NCBI GenBank assembly: GCA_012295275.1
Contig: CM022677.1
Coordinates: 6,696,001-6,760,000, forward strand
Reading direction: 5' to 3'
Origin: Chrysomallon squamiferum
Taxonomy: Eukaryota > Animalia > Mollusca
Length of the DNA stretch: 64,000 bases
The notes under the pieces are model-generated. The model was given only the letters and a program-made list of their open reading frames with translations. It did no database searches and was not told the DNA's origin. The position numbers and the translations under genes were made by a program. This document shows, one piece after another, positions 57,213-64,000 of the stretch. Numbering within the stretch: position 1 is the first letter of the stretch; every line of letters starts with the position of its first letter.

Positions 57213-58422
57213 AAAACATTTTATAACAGTTATAATTAAGATTACTCACAGCACTCTCAGTGTCTGTTATGTTGAGGCTAAGGAAGATCACTGTTGTGTT
57301 AGAACACATTGCCAAACACACAGCTCGGAAAGCCTCAGGTCCAGAACTGTTTCCTGATAAATTTAAAACCTAGTTAAAAAATAATGAAAATACACAACAC
57401 TAAATTATTCAGTAGGTTGTAATTTTACATAAAATAATGAAAAGGTTAATAATTAATGTGAATATTATGTAATTCAGTATGATTATATTTTAAATAAATT
57501 AAAAATAATAAGAAAATAAATAAATGATAAATAGATAGATACATACATCAAATAGACAGAAGATAGTCAGAAAGATTAATAATTAAATAAAAATAAATAA
57601 ACTAAAAATAATCAACTTTCTACTAAAACTTGTTTTAAGAGCATTTTTATAAATTAAAACTATAAATAAATTTAAAATTATTTAAATTACTGATTCTAAA
57701 GCTATTTATGTTCAGAACTAACAAAAGAGAACTTACAGAAAGATATATATATTTTCTTTCTTTGTCATACTTCAAAATATTACAACTTTCAAAATAATTT
57801 AAAAAAAACATAAAGAAAAGAAAGGAAGAAAAAAGAAAGAAAACTAAAAACATGATTATTAGGAACAAATAAGAAATGATACATAAAGATAGAGACAGAA
57901 AAACAGATAAGTATATAGTAAGTAGAGACATAGTAAGAAAGATAAACATATTTATCTGAACATTTTCTAGGAAAGAAATACAGACAAACAAAAACAGAGA
58001 TAGAAATAAAATAAATAAATAGGGAGGTAGGCAGAAAGAGAAACAGACAGATAGACTAAGACATATTTACAGACATATTTACCTGAATATTTTTTAAAGA
58101 TTTTAAAATGTGACTAAGTGTTAAAGCTTGTGGCAGTTTAAGTCTTGGTCTGGCTGCTTTCAACAAAAACTCCAGTTTCACAAGAAGATTAGTCATTGAA
58201 TCACATGATCAAACATTTTCTGTTCCCTTTCTTTCTTAGACATTATTTTTACTGAAATACCTCTGGCAATGGGTGGTGGTGTTTCTGATTTCTTTTCTAG
58301 TGTGCCTGGATCTTTCGTGGCACAGGAGTTTGAGTTTTTAGTGGTTGGTGTGGTGATGTCAGTTTGTCTCAGGTCTAATGGTGGTACCGGTGTTGTTGAT
58401 GCCAATTGTTACTTTTTCAGTT
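56170..58422 (-). pseudogene. Unprocessed pseudogene exons of a ribonuclease-inhibitor-type LRR (NLRC3/LRRC-like) protein
   Basis: Exons: 58083-58422 (stop and frameshift, ending ALTLSHILKSLKNIQ), 57250-57369 (VLNLSGNSSGPEAFRAVCLAMCSNTTVIFLSL), ~56565-56692 (frameshift; EYLDVLSNSLGNDYFSHCVSPALKENTKLKTL; donor lost) and 56170-56372 (LVENTGLTELDLSSNGLSDK, disrupted by a 64-bp tandem duplication). They follow the LxxLxLSxNxL pattern. Confidence 0.8.
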
Positions 58423-58899
58423 CTGTGGAAATAAAAAAGAAAAATAGAAAGAAAAAAATTATATATATATAAACAAAGAGGGCAGACCTTGAAATTAATA
58501 GAAAACATTAAGTGAATATAAATACAAATATTTATCCAAATCATTGGTAACTATTTAAAAGACACAAATAGTAACAAGCAAGTTATTAGAATAATACTGG
58601 TTCTAAAAAAATCACTAATAATAATAATTTTCAGAAAACAAATATATTGACAATACAAGTTTACACCTTCATTACTGTTTGGGTTTGTTTGGCCACTAAA
58701 TAGAGCTGTTAGGGAATATAGAATATCTATTAAACAAAAATGAAAATACTAAAAACTTCAAATCCCAAAGAGTATTTGTCAATTCTGAACAACAGTAAGC
58801 AGAGATGGTCAGTTGATTCTTTATTTTATTTTTTCAAAACTCTTAATAGCAACATAAAAAAAATAATAAAAATAATAAACTGTTATAAATAAATAACTA

Positions 58900-59407
58900 A
58901 TTACCAGTTACTGGATTATTCAGACACAAAGGGGTGTGGGATATTTTTTTATATACTTTGTATAATCATTATAATGATAATGATGATAATGGTATTAATT
59001 TAATTAATTAAAAAATCAATAGCAAATAAATGATTATTATTTTGATATTTTACAATCAGTAATGAGTTGTTATAAAATGTATTTCACTTTCTCTAAGAAA
59101 TAAAAATAAGATAAAAAAATTACAACTTGGAACTGTGCAGTCTGCAGTGTCTGTACATCTGATTCATCCTTCTCCATGACATAAATTCCCTTTCTAGACA
59201 GCAACTGAATAATACAGCAATTACCTGTATTATTTATCATTAATTTATCATTAATTGGTAAACAAAGATTTTAGCTATTCCAACATGAATATGACACTTT
59301 TTTTTTATTTTTTTAATCAACTTTTGTCTGATAAATGCATTTTTGTTTGCTTATTATCATTCATGCAATATGTCTCTCTCACACATAAACAGTCATATAC
59401 AAATGCC

Positions 59408-59443
<36 letters not shown>

Positions 59444-60387
59444 AATTAATAAAAGAACATACCCTGCCACTGTTGAGAGGTTTCTGAAAACATTCTAACA
59501 CAGGCCTGACACATCACTTGACACCAGACTGTTGGTTCACATTATCACTAGTCTCTAGTATCCATTCCCTGAAATTCTGTGATGATGAAGTAGGGGACAG
59601 GGACCTGGGTGCATTCGTCCGACTTTGAATCAGGTACAGGACTAGCTCGGTCCGTCGAATGTGGCGAGATATCACCTGCTGCTCAACTTCCTGGCTTTAT
59701 CAAAAATAAATAAATATAATGTATGAAAAAGCAAATGAATAATAATAATAAAGACCTTATACATTCATGGGTTTATATTGTATGAGTTGAACATTTTGAA
59801 TACATATAGGTGTCATGAAGCAATTAATGTCAACCAGGTACATTATCTGTAGATACAGATGTAAATATTTTTGGATGCCATAGTATTAGTCATATTATCT
59901 GCATAAGACACCTACTTCAAAACATAATCATTTCAGTAGTGTTTTGTGCATGGAGATTGTATTAATATTGTTTGTGATTATGATTATAAATGATCTGTGT
60001 GTGTGAATGTGTGTGAGTGTGTTTGTGTGTGTTAGATATTATTATAACAAATAATTTTATTAATATTTTACAGTGTCTACATATGAAATAACCTGGTCAT
60101 ATTTTTCTTAAATTTGTATTCATCTTTATTTGTTTTTAACGTTAGCATAGAGCTATACAGGTATTTAGCTTTAATAATATGAAAGAATTTAGGGCCCCAG
60201 CCATTATAAACTTTAAAATGGTTAAAAAAAAATAATTTAATGGATAGAGGAAGTCAGCAATTTAACATAAATCTTTAAAAAAAATAAATCGTAAATTAGC
60301 TGACAGAAAACAACCTGCCAAACAAAATCAGTATATTTTCTTTTAATAGTTTTATTAGTATATTAAAAAAATAATAAAAAAAAAAAA

Positions 60388-60450
<63 letters not shown>

Positions 60451-61413
60451 AATAAATAAATAAAAAAAAAAAACAATAATAATAAATAAATAAATAAAAA
60501 TTGTTTGTGAGTTGACACATAGTTGTTGTGTTGTGTTTACTTTGGTGTGTACTATACATGTCAATTTCTTTTAAAACAAATTTAATTACTGGCCACACAA
60601 TATTTGCCCCGCTATATCATACAGTGATTAGTAAAACAAAATTAAGACTAAACAGTTCTTGTTTATGCTGTTCACGTTAGTACAAACACTGGCGAATTTT
60701 GATATTAATCGAGTGTCGTTATTTGAAAAAAATAAAATAAAATAAAATAAATAAGAAATAAGAAAATAAATAAGAAATAAATAAATATTACTGACGAATA
60801 AAAAAAAATTAGTAATAATAAATAAAAAATAAATAAATAAATAAATATTATTCCCGAATAAGATGGCTGCCATCAGGCTGTGACGTTTAAATTATACTTA
60901 AATAAAAAATAAAAATTCCAATCTCATTATCAACTATAATAATAAATAGTACTACCTGTCTGCTTCACAAAATGAAATACTTTAAGCAACTTTTTTGTTG
61001 CATGATAATGCGATTACACCAATTCTGTAGAAGATTCTTCAAATGTCAAATAAAAAATTAAATCCGTCAAGTCTCGACAATCATCCCGCATTTTTCCGAA
61101 AATACAATCCTAAAAAAAGAAAGAAAAAGAGTTCAAAACAAATAAATAAAATAAAAGAACATAACAACCTTTATTAAAATATACTCGATGTGGTTCTTTT
61201 TATTATTATTATTATATTTTTTTTTTTTTATTAGCCAATCATTGACGAAAACTTCAAATAAACGGTGTTGTTATTTTCCCCCTACTTTCTCTTTCTTCTT
61301 TTGTATTTATTTATATTTATGCACCAAATAAAATCACAGAGCTTACAGTTCACACTACAGTAAGTTGCATAAGTTGCTTACTATTGATCAGGAATTTACC
61401 AGTGTTTGATATA
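58900..61413 (-). repeat. Duplicon core, inverted copy, with exons 59463-59694 and 59124-59204
   Basis: The reverse complement aligns by eye to 6092-8270. Canonical ag/gt sites flank both exons. Confidence 0.9.
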
Positions 61414-61882
61414 GGTCTGAAAAAAAATAATAATAAAATAAAAAACTGAGCGAGACTGGAAACAAATAATCCCATCAAACATTCATAATGGCACAACATT
61501 TATTTATCTTAAAACAAGTGTATGTTGTGTGTGTGCGATCAATGTTTGAACCTGTTCTATCAGATCTATTATCAGTATCAAAGTGGAAACTAATCAAATG
61601 AAGGGTATATTTTTCCTTTTCGGGTGTATTCTCCTGGTGTACTGAAATGTTAAATAAACATATTGTTATAAATACAACAAAGAGGAAAGTAAAAAAGATA
61701 TGTACTTAAGAGAAAAAAGAGTGTGGCTGACTATATTGATTTCGACTGCCTGTATTAATGTTCATAAATTGTTAGATTTGATTAGATTTGATTAGTAAAA
61801 TAGAAAAATGTAGAAACCTCTACCAAAAAAACAAAAAAAAAAAAAAGAAAGAAAGAAAAAAGTAATCCAAAAATAAATAAAT

Positions 61883-62178
61883 CACACTCCACATTCACAC
61901 ACAGGTACCTGCATTGTCACCTTTAAAATAAGCTATAGTTTTCTTCAAAACGATTGCGTTTTTCAGCATTTGATCTCAAAGTAAAAATGACGACAATTTT
62001 CAACTAAAGATTTCCAGTCACGTAGAAAGATCGGCGGGAAATATAAATATGTCGACTAGAAATTCCATCTTGAGAAAAGATCAAACCCAACGTTAGGCCT
62101 ATTATTCTCACATTTCTAACTAATGCCAGTGTTTTGCACGCACATGCACAGTCATATACAAAGTCTGTTTTAAACAAG

Positions 62179-62212
<34 letters not shown>

Positions 62213-62456
62213 TGATAATAATATCTGTATGTCACATCAGTTTAATGTGAAAACAATAATTCTTCTAGTACTTCAAATAGTATATTATTTGTTTTAAGAT
62301 ACAACTGTTATTTAAGAAGCTTTACAAGACAACTTAGAAATGTAATAGATCTGTAATTACCCGCGTCATTTTTTATCAACCTTAGAAAAAGAATGGGAAT
62401 TAGTCAATGCAAAATGGGCTATGGACATAGAGATTTCAGCAGTTGTTATCTACATC

Positions 62457-62488
<32 letters not shown>

Positions 62489-62501
62489 TCAGCAGTTGTT
62501 A

Positions 62502-62543
<42 letters not shown>

Positions 62544-63153
62544 TTATACATGTGATTGGGTTTTTTTTTTCTGTATTTATGCATATTCATAGAATTAGAA
62601 AACGCTTTGGCTTAGGAATTTTATTTTATTGTCAAAAATAATCATTTTCTAATTTTATTCGAATTTATTTAATCTGCTCCGGTTGAGCTTTAAGCCCAAT
62701 TCGCTAGTTTTCTGCTGTTTTTCACTAAACATTTATTCATCAACATAAAACCTTTTAAAATTGAATACAGAAGCAATCGGGATTGTACAGAAATAAACTT
62801 CTAGAAAAATGCATTTATAAATATTTTTAAAACATTTTAAAAACTGTTTATATGGTATCCTTTTTATATATCTATAAATAAAAGTGTAAGCTCTCAAAAC
62901 ATTATTTTACAAACACACCACCGCACTGGCTGCTACACCATCATATTTTGTATACACAAGAATGTATATCGCCAAATATAACAATATCGTTATTAAACCT
63001 GCTTTTTTTTTCTATCAAAAAGTTCGCCTCATTGAATGACCTTGTATCGAATGTTCTGTTACAGTTGTCCCCCTTCGCAAAGATGCAATATTTTTTTTTT
63101 TTATATATATATCTCGTGACAATGCAGGTACCTGTGTGTGAACGTGGAGTGTG
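61883..63153. mobile_element. Non-autonomous TIR DNA transposon, 1271 bp, CAC termini (EnSpm/CACTA-CMC-like)
   Basis: The 38-bp TIR CACACTCCACATTCACACACAGGTACCTGCATTGTCAC matches GTGACAATGCAGGTACCTGTGTGTGAACGTGGAGTGTG with 1 mismatch. AT flanks both sides (candidate 2-bp TSD). No coding remnant seen. Confidence 0.8.
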
Positions 63154-63225
63154 ATATATATATATATATATACTAGTGGTAATATAGGCAATATCGATGA
63201 AGATTATTATTTAATTAATGTATTC

Positions 63226-63281
<56 letters not shown>

Positions 63282-63544
63282 TAATTATTAAAATAAATCA
63301 TGTAGACTGTCTAAAACATTTTTATGAGGATGCTAATGATCTACCTTTTATTTTTTATTTTGTCTTGGAAGTGAACACCTTCCAATATTTCTTTTGTTTA
63401 ATGTATATTTTTTAATGCAGGAAAATTTGTAAATCACATGAATAGAAGTTTAAATGTTTAACAAAAAATGTAAAGAAAGCTAAGAAAGGGTCTAGAAATG
63501 GAAAAGTGATGAGTTAATTTTACTTCTATTCTTTCATTACATTA

Positions 63545-64000
63545 ATTAAAAGGTGTACATCAGCGCAAGTTGTATAGTGTACATTTCTTATTATACCTGA
63601 AGTTCTCTTACTACATTAGATATTAATATAACCGCTCCACCAGTAATAATCTAGATAACAATGAAGCAGACACCATGGTTGTCAAAGTCCTCCCTTTTTC
63701 AATACCTAAATAACAACAACAACAACAGTAATAACACCTTAATATTTTTATTTTTTATTTTTCTCTAAAAGCGCACTCTTCCTATATGTTTGACGCTATT
63801 CTCTTAGTTTCATTAGAACTGTTCTGAAAACGGAATATAAAAATTACTTCGCATTTTTTATTAGGCCTCGTAAAGTTATCAGATAAATCAGATTTATTCT
63901 TAGTGTATTGTTTCTGTCGAGATAAAAACTAAATACTTCTTTTTAAAAAAGTATATAATAATGATAATAATGATTTATTTATAATGTAATTACATGAGAA
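63545..64000 (+). repeat. Paralog of 21750-22207, running off the window
   Basis: Same anchors as the partner block. Confidence 0.9.

Overview
This is eukaryotic, very AT-rich invertebrate DNA dense in microsatellites. The composition suggests a mollusc, possibly a cephalopod (inference only). One 200-N gap lies at 12990-13189. No intact multi-exon gene is visible. The window is a mosaic of shuffled, partly inverted low-copy duplications carrying decayed exons from unrelated host genes, most with intact splice sites: MCC, IRAG/LRMP, a TRIM-type RING, RI-type LRRs and a possible Niban/PH piece. It also holds an intronless prolyl 4-hydroxylase alpha copy with an open catalytic domain but a broken N-terminus. 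Mobile DNA includes a Buster/Charlie hAT deletion derivative, a 1.27-kb CAC-terminal TIR element and a pogo-like PHD tail. An 8.8-kb array of a 71-bp satellite shows higher-order structure. The most interesting signal is a repeated promoter-like/5'-exon core (direct at ~6.1 kb, inverted at ~61.4 kb, partial copies at ~13.9-14.7 kb and ~30.9-34 kb). Each copy is followed by different same-orientation gene cargo. Protein family calls come from manual translation and recalled human sequences, not from database searches.
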